NCBI GenBank assembly: GCA_035400625.1
Contig: DAOMZT010000001.1
Coordinates: forward strand, 90,001-122,000
Direction: 5' to 3'
DNA length: 32,000 nt
Source: an archaeon
GTDB lineage: Archaea > Iainarchaeota > Iainarchaeia > Iainarchaeales > CSSED10-239
Below are positions 23,168 to 31,483 of the stretch, one piece after another. The position numbers and the translations under genes were made by a program. The notes under the pieces are model-generated. The model saw nothing but the letters and a program-made list of their open reading frames with translations. It ran no database searches and was not told the origin of the DNA. Positions within the stretch are counted from its first letter, which is position 1; each line of letters opens with the position of its first letter.

Positions 23168-24253
23168 ATGAAAACTAAAAAACAGGTCTTTTCCAAACCA
23201 TTTAATCTAGTTTATGAAAATAACTATCCTGATCTACTTGTAGGACCTGGTTTTTTTACAGAACAAACTATAGCAACATCTTCTGACCCTAAGGCCTGGG
23301 TTAAACAAAAACCAGAAGAAATAGAAAAAGAAAGAGCAAAGCAAGTCTTTACTTTCAAGAGCTTTAAAAAAACAGATGCCACAAAGTTTGATAAAAATCT
23401 TTCAGAAATACAATTGTTATCTCAATCAGAAAAAACAACAGAGATTGAGGTTGGGCTAGATGAAAAGAAAAGCAAACTTGTCAATGAAAACTATTCTGGA
23501 ATAAATAATTTTTCATATAATCTTGAGGATCTTAAGATTATTGATAATGTCAAGATACCACAAAGTATTGACAAGGTTGTTAATGATACTGACCTTAAGG
23601 CAAAAGAAGGGATATTACAACTGAATAATAAACTTGATGATGTTTATAAGATAGAACAAATATTATCCATGGGTCTTCTAGGAATAGGCAAGAACAGAGT
23701 GCTGGTTCCAACAAGATGGGCAATAACTTCAACTGATGATGTTATTTCTAAAGACATAATTGAAAATGCTCTTCTGGATTTTGGAACAATTGACAAATAT
23801 GAGGTGTTTTCTTTTATGTTCTATCAAAACATCTTTTATGTGTTGTTCATTCCAAGAATCTGGGGCTTTGAGCAGATAGAGATGCAAGGAGAAAATATTT
23901 GGAAGGATTTTGAACTTAACGGCCCAAGAAAGAAATATGCAAGTAGTGTGACTGGCGGGTATTATGCAGCAAGAATTGAAGTTGCTAAGTATCTCTATAA
24001 AAGAAAGAGACAAGCATCAGTTATTGTCTTTAGAGATATCTCTCCAAGCTATAATTCTAAGGGCGTTTGGGTGATAAGAGAGACAGTAAAAGAAGCATTA
24101 ACAAAAGAGCCATATGTCTTTGATTCTTTAGAGCAAGCAACAGAATTTATTAATCAAAGAATAAGGAACGGGATAAACCATTGGCTAAAACACTCAGAGC
24201 TTTACAAAGAAATAAAGACGCAAAAAAGAATAACTGATTTTTTTAAATATTAA
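23168..24253 (+). CDS. Nre-family archaeal DNA repair protein (DUF650/DUF651) with C-terminal PIP box
   Basis: 361 aa. It has VLVPTRWAITSTDDVISK (the family PTRW.IT..DD motif) and GGYYAARIEV. The C-terminus QKRITDFFKY fits Qxx[ILM]xx[FY][FY]. Confidence 0.75.
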   Translation: MKTKKQVFSKPFNLVYENNYPDLLVGPGFFTEQTIATSSDPKAWVKQKPEEIEKERAKQVFTFKSFKKTDATKFDKNLSEIQLLSQSEKTTEIEVGLDEKKSKLVNENYSGINNFSYNLEDLKIIDNVKIPQSIDKVVNDTDLKAKEGILQLNNKLDDVYKIEQILSMGLLGIGKNRVLVPTRWAITSTDDVISKDIIENALLDFGTIDKYEVFSFMFYQNIFYVLFIPRIWGFEQIEMQGENIWKDFELNGPRKKYASSVTGGYYAARIEVAKYLYKRKRQASVIVFRDISPSYNSKGVWVIRETVKEALTKEPYVFDSLEQATEFINQRIRNGINHWLKHSELYKEIKTQKRITDFFKY

Positions 24254-24609
24254 GCTAGATTTATAATCTCTTTTATTGTAACAACAACTGCGCCTTTGGC
24301 AGGAAGCCCTTTGTTTTCCTTTAGTGCTTTTACTTGCTTTGTCCATTTTCCTGAAGAAAAATACCTTGCTGTGCCTTTAAGTTGATAACCGCAATCCTGT
24401 TTAGAATCAGTAATTGCAATTGAACAATTTTTGTTATCAAGAATATTTCTTTTTGTTTTGTTCATATAGTTGTCTGTTATTAGAATTTGATATTTAGAAA
24501 CTACTTTTACACAAGAAACAAAAACAACATTTGGCTTATTGCTTTTGTCTATTGTTGCCAATGCCAAGTTATTTCTTTCAATCATTGTTTTTAGTTTTTT
24601 GTCAATCAT
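24250..24609 (-). CDS. pyridoxamine 5'-phosphate oxidase-like FMN-binding split-barrel protein
   Basis: 119 aa. The pattern NNLALATIDKSNKPNVVFVSCVKVV...ILITDNYMNKTKRNILDN...AI is typical of small PNPOx-family proteins. Its stop overlaps the Nre stop (TTAA). Confidence 0.6.
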   Translation of the reverse strand: MIDKKLKTMIERNNLALATIDKSNKPNVVFVSCVKVVSKYQILITDNYMNKTKRNILDNKNCSIAITDSKQDCGYQLKGTARYFSSGKWTKQVKALKENKGLPAKGAVVVTIKEIINLA

Positions 24610-24618
24610 ATCTATAAC

Positions 24619-25647
24619 CTATAAAAACAAAATAAAGCCTAAAATACAAACTGCGACCTCTACAAGGAGAATGCCACAAGTGACTTGCTTTTCTGTAAAG
24701 CGTTTTTTAAATAAAGTAGGGAGAAACATCATTATGTGTGTCCAAGAATAAATGCGTTTATAAGGCATCTTTAGTGTCCCGTCCTCTTGGAGATCACCAA
24801 GGCTTCTGACCTTTAATTTCCCTCGTAGTTTCAGAATTATTTCAATACCCCAAGGAATAAAAATAAATAAAGCAAAACTCTCAATATTTCCAATTATAGC
24901 AATGCTTGCAAAAGTTGCACCAAAAAGATAAGTCAATGAATCTCCAGGAAGCATCTTTGCAGGATACCAGTTATTTAGAAGATAAGGAATTAATGCAAAC
25001 AAAGCAACAAACGAGATAATTGCAGCTTCTGTTCTGCCATTAATAATTGAAAAGATGCCTAGAGAGATCATGACTATTGCCATTAGCCCCCCCTCTAAAC
25101 CATTAGCACCTGCAAGCATATTTGTTGAGTTTGTTATAACCACAAAAAGGATTGGAACTATTAAAAGAGCATAAAACACTCCAAAATTAACAGTGCCAAT
25201 AAAAGGGATACCCATTGTAGAGTCCCCTGCCATTATTGCAATCAAAGGGGTTGCTGCAAGAATAGTTAAAAGAGGCTTTAGCCATTGTGGAAGCCCAACC
25301 CTAATCTCTAAGTCCCCATAAATGTTCTTTACTGGTTCTTTACTAATATTTATATCATCAAAAAAGCCAATTAATGTTGCAATTAAAATTGAAAGAGTTG
25401 TTGCAATTATCAAAACTACGTCTGTATGAAAATAAAAAGTAGAAAGCAAAACAAAGAACATAATGCCAATTAGAAAGCCAAAAAATACTGGCATACCACC
25501 TGATTGTGGCAAAGTTGGCTTTTCTTTCTTTTGCTGATCAACAGCAATTATTCCCCTAGTCACAAAGAATTTTTTAAATTGCGTTATCGCAAAAAAAGAC
25601 GCAATAAATGAAACTAAACAACTTAATATCAAGATTAGATAGTTCAT
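24619..25647 (-). CDS. aglH: UDP-GlcNAc:dolichyl-phosphate GlcNAc-1-phosphate transferase-like (glycosyltransferase family 4, MraY/WecA/AglH type)
   Basis: 342 aa, polytopic. It has GFFDDINIS (DD Mg site) and NSTNMLAGANGLEGG (archaeal N.NMLAG.NGLE motif). Confidence 0.85.
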   Translation of the reverse strand: MNYLILILSCLVSFIASFFAITQFKKFFVTRGIIAVDQQKKEKPTLPQSGGMPVFFGFLIGIMFFVLLSTFYFHTDVVLIIATTLSILIATLIGFFDDINISKEPVKNIYGDLEIRVGLPQWLKPLLTILAATPLIAIMAGDSTMGIPFIGTVNFGVFYALLIVPILFVVITNSTNMLAGANGLEGGLMAIVMISLGIFSIINGRTEAAIISFVALFALIPYLLNNWYPAKMLPGDSLTYLFGATFASIAIIGNIESFALFIFIPWGIEIILKLRGKLKVRSLGDLQEDGTLKMPYKRIYSWTHIMMFLPTLFKKRFTEKQVTCGILLVEVAVCILGFILFL

Positions 25648-25656
25648 TTTATTTTC

Positions 25657-27624
25657 CTAGTTTAATTTGTCCTTATTAACTTTGTAAACTCTTACATCTC
25701 CAGATGAATAGACAAGCTCCATAAAAGGCTCAATTGTCGTATCATTAAACCAAACTCTTGCAAATATTGTTTTATTTATCGCAGCATTTATTAAATAAAT
25801 CCTTGAGTTGTCTTTTTCTTTATAAAGATATACAGGCAACCCCTGCATTATTTGGTCAGGCACTGTGTGATACTCAGTTTTTATTTTTACCATCTCTTCT
25901 TCAGGTAATACATTTCCTTGACAGTTATAGCTTACAGCTCCTGATATTGGTGTAACAACTTTAGAACAGCCAAGACCTATGCCTGTATATTTTGTAACTC
26001 TAGGATCACTAAAGTTAGTAGTCCAATAACCATAAACTGCAAAAGAAGACATTCTGGTTAGATAAGATGATTCTGTCATTACAAAATCAGCATCATATTC
26101 CTTTAACATCTCTTTTGAAAAATTAAGATCTTCAGAAATCAAAAACATACCAAAATCTTTTGTGCCTTCAGCATATGCGTTTGTGTTATCTGTGCTTACT
26201 TTTCGTTCAGTAAAATATGCTATCCAGTGTCCAGAATCCCACCAATTAAAGATTTTAGCATTCTCTGAAGAATTATCTTTTACCCAAAACATTGCATTTT
26301 GCCAATTCTTTTCTTCAACAATTGGAGGGACCTTGCTCATGACAAAGAAACTACCAGCAGCAATTGCACCTATTAAGAAAATTGCAGAGATAATTGTTAA
26401 TGTTCTTTTATAAGCTAAAGATTTATTTTGTATCGTTTCTGTTGCTAAGAAAAACAAGAAACCAAATCCTGCAGCAATTGGCAATCCTAAAGTATAAGTA
26501 AACTTTAGTTTTGTCCAAGCCATAAACCCTGTAATTAATATCCAGAAGAAAATTATCAAAACAAAATAATCAATATTGTCATGTTTATGATCATTGTCTT
26601 CTTTTTCTTTGTTTTTGTATTTTCCAAATATCAAATATAACGGAATTACTAGTAAAGCCAAAAACGGAATAACCACTAAAAGACTATACTTTTCCAAAAA
26701 GAATTGCTTACCAGTATTTTCTTCACCAACTGTTGCTCCAATCACATCTTCTTGAGCAACATTTACTTTGTTTATTCTGTCTATGTTGTCTGTAGAGATT
26801 GGCAAATAATTTGTAACATACTCTGATGTTCTCTTTATCCACCTTGTTCCACTATACATAGTAGTAACAATTGTGAACAACAAAAAACAAGTCAAAAATA
26901 CTTTTGAAAAAGCAAGTATTTCTTTTTTGTCTATTTTCTTTATGGCCATGTATACTAACATGGTTCCAAAATAAGAAACCAGCACCAAAGGAATTAACAA
27001 AAACATATCCCAGGTTATTGCCATCAAGAAAAAGAAAAACGCACCTACTATTGAATATATTAACCAGTTCTTTAATTTATGTCTGTTTTGTATAGCCATT
27101 ACTAAGAATATAAAACCTAAGACTAGCCACAAGAAACCTAAAGAATCTTCTTCAAAAAAACCACCCATTGTTCTATAAACAAAAGCAGGAACTGTTGCTG
27201 CCATTACTCCCATAGCAACACCTGTTCTTGTGTTATACATTTTCTTACCTAAGAAAAACATGGCTACAGAAATTAAGGCACCAAATATTGCAGGAAGCCA
27301 TCTTGCATATTCCATCAATAACCATTTATTATAGGGCGCTCCAAAAGTAGTTATTGTATAGATTGCTGCTGTAAAATACCACAAGAAATTTGGCCAGCCA
27401 CTATATTTTGTCCCGCCTTGCTGATAGAAACCTAATGGATCATTTGCTGGGAGATCTCCTTGAACAACATAGCCTGTTGCTCTAAGATGCCAATAAGGGT
27501 CATATTCAAACATATACTCGTATCTTAGAATATGCGCTCTTATTGCAAGTCCCAACACAAAAATCAAAACCGCAATCAAAATTACTAACCAATATTTGGA
27601 AAAAAAATTCTTAATCTTCTTCAT
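25657..27624 (-). CDS. aglB: dolichyl-(mono/pyro)phosphooligosaccharide-protein glycotransferase AglB (STT3 family)
   Basis: 655 aa. About 13 N-terminal TMs are followed by a soluble C-domain. The WWDxG motif is present as NWWDSGHWIAY, and there is an early acidic loop YEYMFEYDPYWHLR. Confidence 0.9.
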   Translation of the reverse strand: MKKIKNFFSKYWLVILIAVLIFVLGLAIRAHILRYEYMFEYDPYWHLRATGYVVQGDLPANDPLGFYQQGGTKYSGWPNFLWYFTAAIYTITTFGAPYNKWLLMEYARWLPAIFGALISVAMFFLGKKMYNTRTGVAMGVMAATVPAFVYRTMGGFFEEDSLGFLWLVLGFIFLVMAIQNRHKLKNWLIYSIVGAFFFFLMAITWDMFLLIPLVLVSYFGTMLVYMAIKKIDKKEILAFSKVFLTCFLLFTIVTTMYSGTRWIKRTSEYVTNYLPISTDNIDRINKVNVAQEDVIGATVGEENTGKQFFLEKYSLLVVIPFLALLVIPLYLIFGKYKNKEKEDNDHKHDNIDYFVLIIFFWILITGFMAWTKLKFTYTLGLPIAAGFGFLFFLATETIQNKSLAYKRTLTIISAIFLIGAIAAGSFFVMSKVPPIVEEKNWQNAMFWVKDNSSENAKIFNWWDSGHWIAYFTERKVSTDNTNAYAEGTKDFGMFLISEDLNFSKEMLKEYDADFVMTESSYLTRMSSFAVYGYWTTNFSDPRVTKYTGIGLGCSKVVTPISGAVSYNCQGNVLPEEEMVKIKTEYHTVPDQIMQGLPVYLYKEKDNSRIYLINAAINKTIFARVWFNDTTIEPFMELVYSSGDVRVYKVNKDKLN

Positions 27625-27711
27625 TGAAAGTCAACTCTTATTAAAATATGCATAAATAATTAGAGCCATTATGTTTTTAAAAGAAATATATTTTAGAAAA
27701 AAAAACATTTT

Positions 27712-27733
27712 AAAAAAAGATTAAAATTTTTAA
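27712..27733 (-). terminator. oligo-T tract downstream of the 5S rRNA
   Basis: The minus strand immediately 3' of the 5S gene reads uuaaaaauuuuaaucUUUUUUUaaaa. Archaeal termination at T-runs is well known. Confidence 0.35.
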
Positions 27734-27849
27734 GTTAGCAACTAACTTGCCGCTCCAAGAAAGAACTTAGTGCAAACAAAATCGGAAATGAACTTTACTT
27801 CTGGGTTCGGAAAGGGTCCAGGTGTTTCTCCATTCCTATGGTCGCTAAC
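27734..27849 (-). rRNA. rrf: 5S ribosomal RNA, solitary (no 16S/23S in the window)
   Basis: The minus strand reads GUUAGCGACCAUAGGAAUGGAGAAACACCUGGACCCUUUCCGAACCCAGAAGUAAAGUU...GGAGCGGCAAGUUAGUUGCUAAC. It has the conserved CCGAACCC-GAAGU-AAG loop C/helix III core. A 9-bp terminal helix I forms between GUUAGCGAC and GUUGCUAAC. A TTTAAAAA box lies ~28 nt upstream. Confidence 0.9.
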
Positions 27850-27903
27850 AAATAATATATATTAGATAAGGTTTTTAAATGGTTGGTTTTTCTTTATTCC
27901 AAA

Positions 27904-28605
27904 CTAGTTATTTGGGAGGCAAGCATACAATCTTTGTAATTTAGAAATATATTCATTAGTCAATCTCTGCCTTGTGTTTCTATCAACTTTATCAGGAAGA
28001 CTTACTTCTTGTTGTATAACATGATATTTATTTTTAACTTTCTTTATTGAAACTAAAATAATAGGGATTTTAATACCAAGCTCTTGTTGTGCTTTGTTTG
28101 CTATATATAGTGCCCCGGAATGCCCAAAACCAGCTGTGCTTTCAGTATACGCTGTTGGGAAGGCACCAAGTACTTTTCCTTCTTTTAAAATATTTATTCC
28201 TTCTGAAACCATTCGCCTAGTTTCTGCAACCGTAAGATTTCTTCTGTCTATTTCTATATTTTCTAGGCCTTTAGTTAATTTATTTAAAACTGGTGTTTTT
28301 GAAATAACTATTCTTTTACCAAAAGGCCTTATTGCCAAACTGGATATCCAATGTATGTGTTTTTTTGACATTGTTTGTATTAGAAAAGGCTCTATCCTTA
28401 ATGGCTTTAAGTCGTGTGTTCCAAGAACTATGGCAGGACCTTGTGCTGCTCTTTTATTTAAAAGATTTTCACTGAACAGTTTTATTTTCTTTTTATAAAG
28501 TAGATTTGAAAATCCAGAATAAAGTTTTTTAGTTGTTTTGCCTTTAGGTTTGAGTTTAGGGTTTGTAGGCCTATTTTTGGCATTTGTTCTTTTATATTTT
28601 AGCAT
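27904..28605 (-). CDS. lysophospholipid/glycerol-phosphate acyltransferase (PlsC/LPLAT)-like protein with a variant motif I and a basic N-terminal tail
   Basis: 233 aa. The series GPAIVLGTHDLKPL (motif I position), IEIDRRN (motif II-like), ILKEGKVLGAFPTAYTES (FPEGT-like motif III) and IKIPIILVSI (motif IV-like) runs in the same order and spacing as PlsC. The first 30 aa are K/R/P-rich. Confidence 0.45.
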   Translation of the reverse strand: MLKYKRTNAKNRPTNPKLKPKGKTTKKLYSGFSNLLYKKKIKLFSENLLNKRAAQGPAIVLGTHDLKPLRIEPFLIQTMSKKHIHWISSLAIRPFGKRIVISKTPVLNKLTKGLENIEIDRRNLTVAETRRMVSEGINILKEGKVLGAFPTAYTESTAGFGHSGALYIANKAQQELGIKIPIILVSIKKVKNKYHVIQQEVSLPDKVDRNTRQRLTNEYISKLQRLYACLPNN

Positions 28606-28612
28606 AGTTTAT

Positions 28613-29500
28613 CTAAATATTAATATTTGTAGTTCTTTGAAGAAAGAAAAAAACCTTGGTATAAAGGCTATCTTTTGCAAGCCAAGGATCAAAAAAATAA
28701 AGTTGTCTTGTCTTTAAATCAATAAAAACATTTTTAGGCAAAAAATCCTTAATTACAACTTTATCTTTTGTAAGTTCAAGTCTTAGATTTGGAAGTTCTC
28801 TATTTATATTTCTATCAATTTCTTTAACTTTTTTTAAAAAATCTTTGTATTCTTGTTTAGAGATTAGCCCTTGTTTTTTAGCCTTTCTAAATTCTATAAG
28901 ATCAGTAAAATCTGAAACAAAAAAGCCAGTTGTTGATTTTTTTCCAATTTCAGTATATGCAAGATGAGCATCTATGGTGCTAAGGCCAAAAATCTTTTGT
29001 ATCTGGGTTCCAAAATATTGACTATAAGTGTTATGATTTAAATTTTCTGAATTTTCTTCAGCTTTAATAAAAAGCCTTCGTGTTTTTCCATCAACCTTAA
29101 CATCCATTACAAAACCTTCACTAATATTAAAACCATGTTCTCCTTTTTCAATATTACTCATCTTCGGTTTTCTCTTGTAAGTTCTTCTTATAATGTAGTT
29201 GCCATTGAGATCTTTAATCTCTGTTGCTGTTTTATCTTTAAAAAGAGTAAAGAAAGATTTCATCATTCCTGGATTTTTTCTAACTACCTCTTTAGCAAAC
29301 GGGTTATAAACTAGACCTTTTTTTACACTACCGCGTTTATTATCACGAACCAAAGATTTAGAAAAAGAAACAAGTGGTTTTAATGATGCTTCTATAGATT
29401 GTCCTTTCTTTATAGAACCAGTAAATCTATCTTTTAATCGCCTAGAAGCATTAGTCGCCTTTTTTGAGGCATAAAAATTAAATTTTCTTGCTGCTTTCAT
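28613..29500 (-). CDS. hypothetical protein with protein-kinase-like fold motifs and a basic N-terminal tail
   Basis: The ORF-track start at 29524 overlaps tbp. I prefer Met-9 (29500). It has KGEHGFNISEGFV (Gly-rich-loop-like), RLFIKAEE (VAIK-like), IKDFLPKNVFID (DxxxxN catalytic-loop-like, compare HRDLKPxN) and LYFFDPW (DFG/IDW-like). Confidence 0.45.
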   Translation of the reverse strand: MKAARKFNFYASKKATNASRRLKDRFTGSIKKGQSIEASLKPLVSFSKSLVRDNKRGSVKKGLVYNPFAKEVVRKNPGMMKSFFTLFKDKTATEIKDLNGNYIIRRTYKRKPKMSNIEKGEHGFNISEGFVMDVKVDGKTRRLFIKAEENSENLNHNTYSQYFGTQIQKIFGLSTIDAHLAYTEIGKKSTTGFFVSDFTDLIEFRKAKKQGLISKQEYKDFLKKVKEIDRNINRELPNLRLELTKDKVVIKDFLPKNVFIDLKTRQLYFFDPWLAKDSLYTKVFFFLQRTTNINI

Positions 29501-29501
29501 A

Positions 29502-30044
29502 CTATTTCTTTTTGGCACTAGCAAGTACTTTCTTTAGCTTGTTAAGACCCTTAACAATATCTTCTTCTGACTTAGCACCAGCACATATTAGTTTGCCGTT
29601 CTTGAAAAGAAGCATTGTTAGCTTTGGATTGAATAGTCTTACTATTGCACCAGGAAATTGCTCTGGCTCATATTCTATGTTATCTAAAGTTACTGCTGCA
29701 TTAAAAAGATCTATCTGTTTATTAAGGTTTGATGTTGCAACAAGATTAACAATCTTATAGCTTACTCTTTCCTTTAGAACAACGCCTTTTTGTACTTCGC
29801 CAATTATCTTTGTAGCTTTTTTTATTGCTGTCTTTATGTCTTTTTCTGATGATGCACCTGAAATAATTATGTTTCCGTTCTTGAAAAGAAGTAAAGAAAC
29901 TCTTGGCTCATCCATTTTTAGGATAGCACCAGGAAACTGCTCTGGCTCATATTCGACTTCTGGTATCGCTGTTGCTAGATTATACAAATCAAGACCAGCG
30001 CCTAGAGAACTAGAAGCAACTAGATTAACAATTTTATATTCCAT
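29502..30044 (-). CDS. tbp: TATA-box-binding protein
   Basis: 180 aa. It contains two direct repeats, YKIVNLVASSSLG..LDL..LA....VEYEPEQFPGAILKM..P.VSLLLFKNGNIIISGA and YKIVNLVATSNL...IDL......L.NIEYEPEQFPGAIVRL.NPKLTMLLFKNGKLICAGA. Confidence 0.97.
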   Translation of the reverse strand: MEYKIVNLVASSSLGAGLDLYNLATAIPEVEYEPEQFPGAILKMDEPRVSLLLFKNGNIIISGASSEKDIKTAIKKATKIIGEVQKGVVLKERVSYKIVNLVATSNLNKQIDLFNAAVTLDNIEYEPEQFPGAIVRLFNPKLTMLLFKNGKLICAGAKSEEDIVKGLNKLKKVLASAKKK

Positions 30045-30289
30045 GTTATTTTCTCCTTTATATTATAGTAAAAAGCAAATATTTATATATATAATTTATA
30101 TACCCAAGCATTTATAAACTGCTTTTTTGGTGTTTTTCATTAACCTTTTGTGCAGTTTTGGTTAATATTGCTAATTTTTGTGATTGGTTTTGTTAGGGTT
30201 TTATTTCGTATGTAGTGCCTTATAAAAGCTTTTTGCCTCAATAATTATATATTAAATTTTAAAAAAATAAAAAAAGGAATGAGATAAAA

Positions 30290-30604
30290 ATGGCAAACAA
30301 AAAGGCAAAAGGAAAAAGATCTTTAACACGAAGAAGATTTAAAAGAAATGTAAGAGACAAGACAACAGTTAATCAATTGATTAAACCAATAAAAGTTGAT
30401 GATGTTGTTCAAGTAAATGTAAATAGTTCAGTTCATTCTGGTATTCCACACAGAAGAGTAGACGGGATTACTGGAAAAGTTATTGGCTTTCAAGGGGATT
30501 GCCCAATAGTTCAATTAAAAGAAGGAAACAAAACAAAAAAGATAATAACACACAGAGTGCATCTTAAAATAATCAAACAAATAGCAAAAGGTGAAAAAAA
30601 ATGA
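30290..30604 (+). CDS. rpl21e: 50S ribosomal protein L21e (eL21)
   Basis: 104 aa. It has KGKRSLTRRRFKR... and VNVNSSVHSGIPHRRVDGITGKVIG. There is a 4-nt overlap with the next gene. Confidence 0.9.
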   Translation: MANKKAKGKRSLTRRRFKRNVRDKTTVNQLIKPIKVDDVVQVNVNSSVHSGIPHRRVDGITGKVIGFQGDCPIVQLKEGNKTKKIITHRVHLKIIKQIAKGEKK

Positions 30605-30933
30605 TAAATAACCCAACCTATGTTGATGATTTAAGTCTTGCAGAAATTAAGAAAATCTTAACTGAAAAAGGAAAAGACAAAGAACTTAATTATGAGCAGA
30701 AGATGGCACTAGAACATGCAAAGCAATTTGCAAAATTAACACCATTAAAAGCAGAAAAACTGAAAAAGGAATTGCAAGACATGGAATTGCCTAATGAGGT
30801 GGCAACTAAAATTGTAGATATCTTGCCTAATGCAGTAGAGTTGGATTTGATTGCAGAAAAAAACAAGGCAATAACAGACGATAACAAAGAGAAAATATTA
30901 ACTCTTGTAAACAAATACAAAAAGGAAGAATAA
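30601..30933 (+). CDS. rpoF: DNA-directed RNA polymerase subunit Rpo4 (RpoF, Rpb4 homologue)
   Basis: 110 aa. It has LSLAEIKKILTEKGKDKELNYEQKMALEHAKQFAKL and ATKIVDILP, and sits in the conserved archaeal L21e-rpoF-DUF655-ksgA order. Confidence 0.8.
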   Translation: MINNPTYVDDLSLAEIKKILTEKGKDKELNYEQKMALEHAKQFAKLTPLKAEKLKKELQDMELPNEVATKIVDILPNAVELDLIAEKNKAITDDNKEKILTLVNKYKKEE

Positions 30934-30941
30934 GTAAAATT

Positions 30942-31472
30942 ATGATAGAAATAAAAAAAGAAGCAATTGTTCTTGACAGAGCAACAAAAGAAGTGCAATT
31001 CAAGCACACGCCAGTAATTCAGTGTATTGGTGTCTCTAATTTTTCCTTACTTGAAATGTATAGTGATGACACGCCAAAATTACAAGAAGTTATAAGCACA
31101 GAAGACAAGCCAATAAAAAGAATACCTTATGATAGGCTTACAACAATAGCAAAAAAAGAACTAGAAAAGGCAGTAGAGACAATTGTTAATAATAACCAAG
31201 AAAGATTTGTTGCTTTCTTTAATAATGCTAGGCCAATAAATGCCAGAAGACATCAGCTTGATTTGCTTCCAATGATTGGGAAAAAACACAGAATGGCATT
31301 AATGAGCTATTTAGAGAAGAACGGACCAATAACTTCCCTTGATGATCTTAAAAAGATAGATTTGTTTCCAGATCCAATAAAAGTAATTGTAAATAGGGTA
31401 ATTACAGAAATAGAAAACAAAGAAGATGAGAAATTCTTTTTGTTTACTGTTCCTATTGTTAAAAAATTCTGA
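30942..31472 (+). CDS. DUF655-family putative RNA/nucleotide-binding protein (OB fold plus helix-hairpin-helix)
   Basis: 176 aa. FFNNARPINARRHQLDLLPMIGKKHRMALM...SLDDLKK...PDPIKVIVNRVITEI matches the DUF655 pattern, and synteny is conserved. Confidence 0.75.
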   Translation: MIEIKKEAIVLDRATKEVQFKHTPVIQCIGVSNFSLLEMYSDDTPKLQEVISTEDKPIKRIPYDRLTTIAKKELEKAVETIVNNNQERFVAFFNNARPINARRHQLDLLPMIGKKHRMALMSYLEKNGPITSLDDLKKIDLFPDPIKVIVNRVITEIENKEDEKFFLFTVPIVKKF

Positions 31473-31483
31473 ATTCTTAAAAT

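Noticed and set aside
30045-30289. The relatively long (245 bp) tbp/L21e intergenic region, with a TTAACC...GGTTAA inverted repeat (30140-30165), as a possible small ncRNA or riboswitch.
   Set aside because: The stem is only 6 bp with a 14-nt loop. There are no box C/D (RUGAUGA...CUGA) or tRNA-like elements. The region is adequately explained as divergent promoters.
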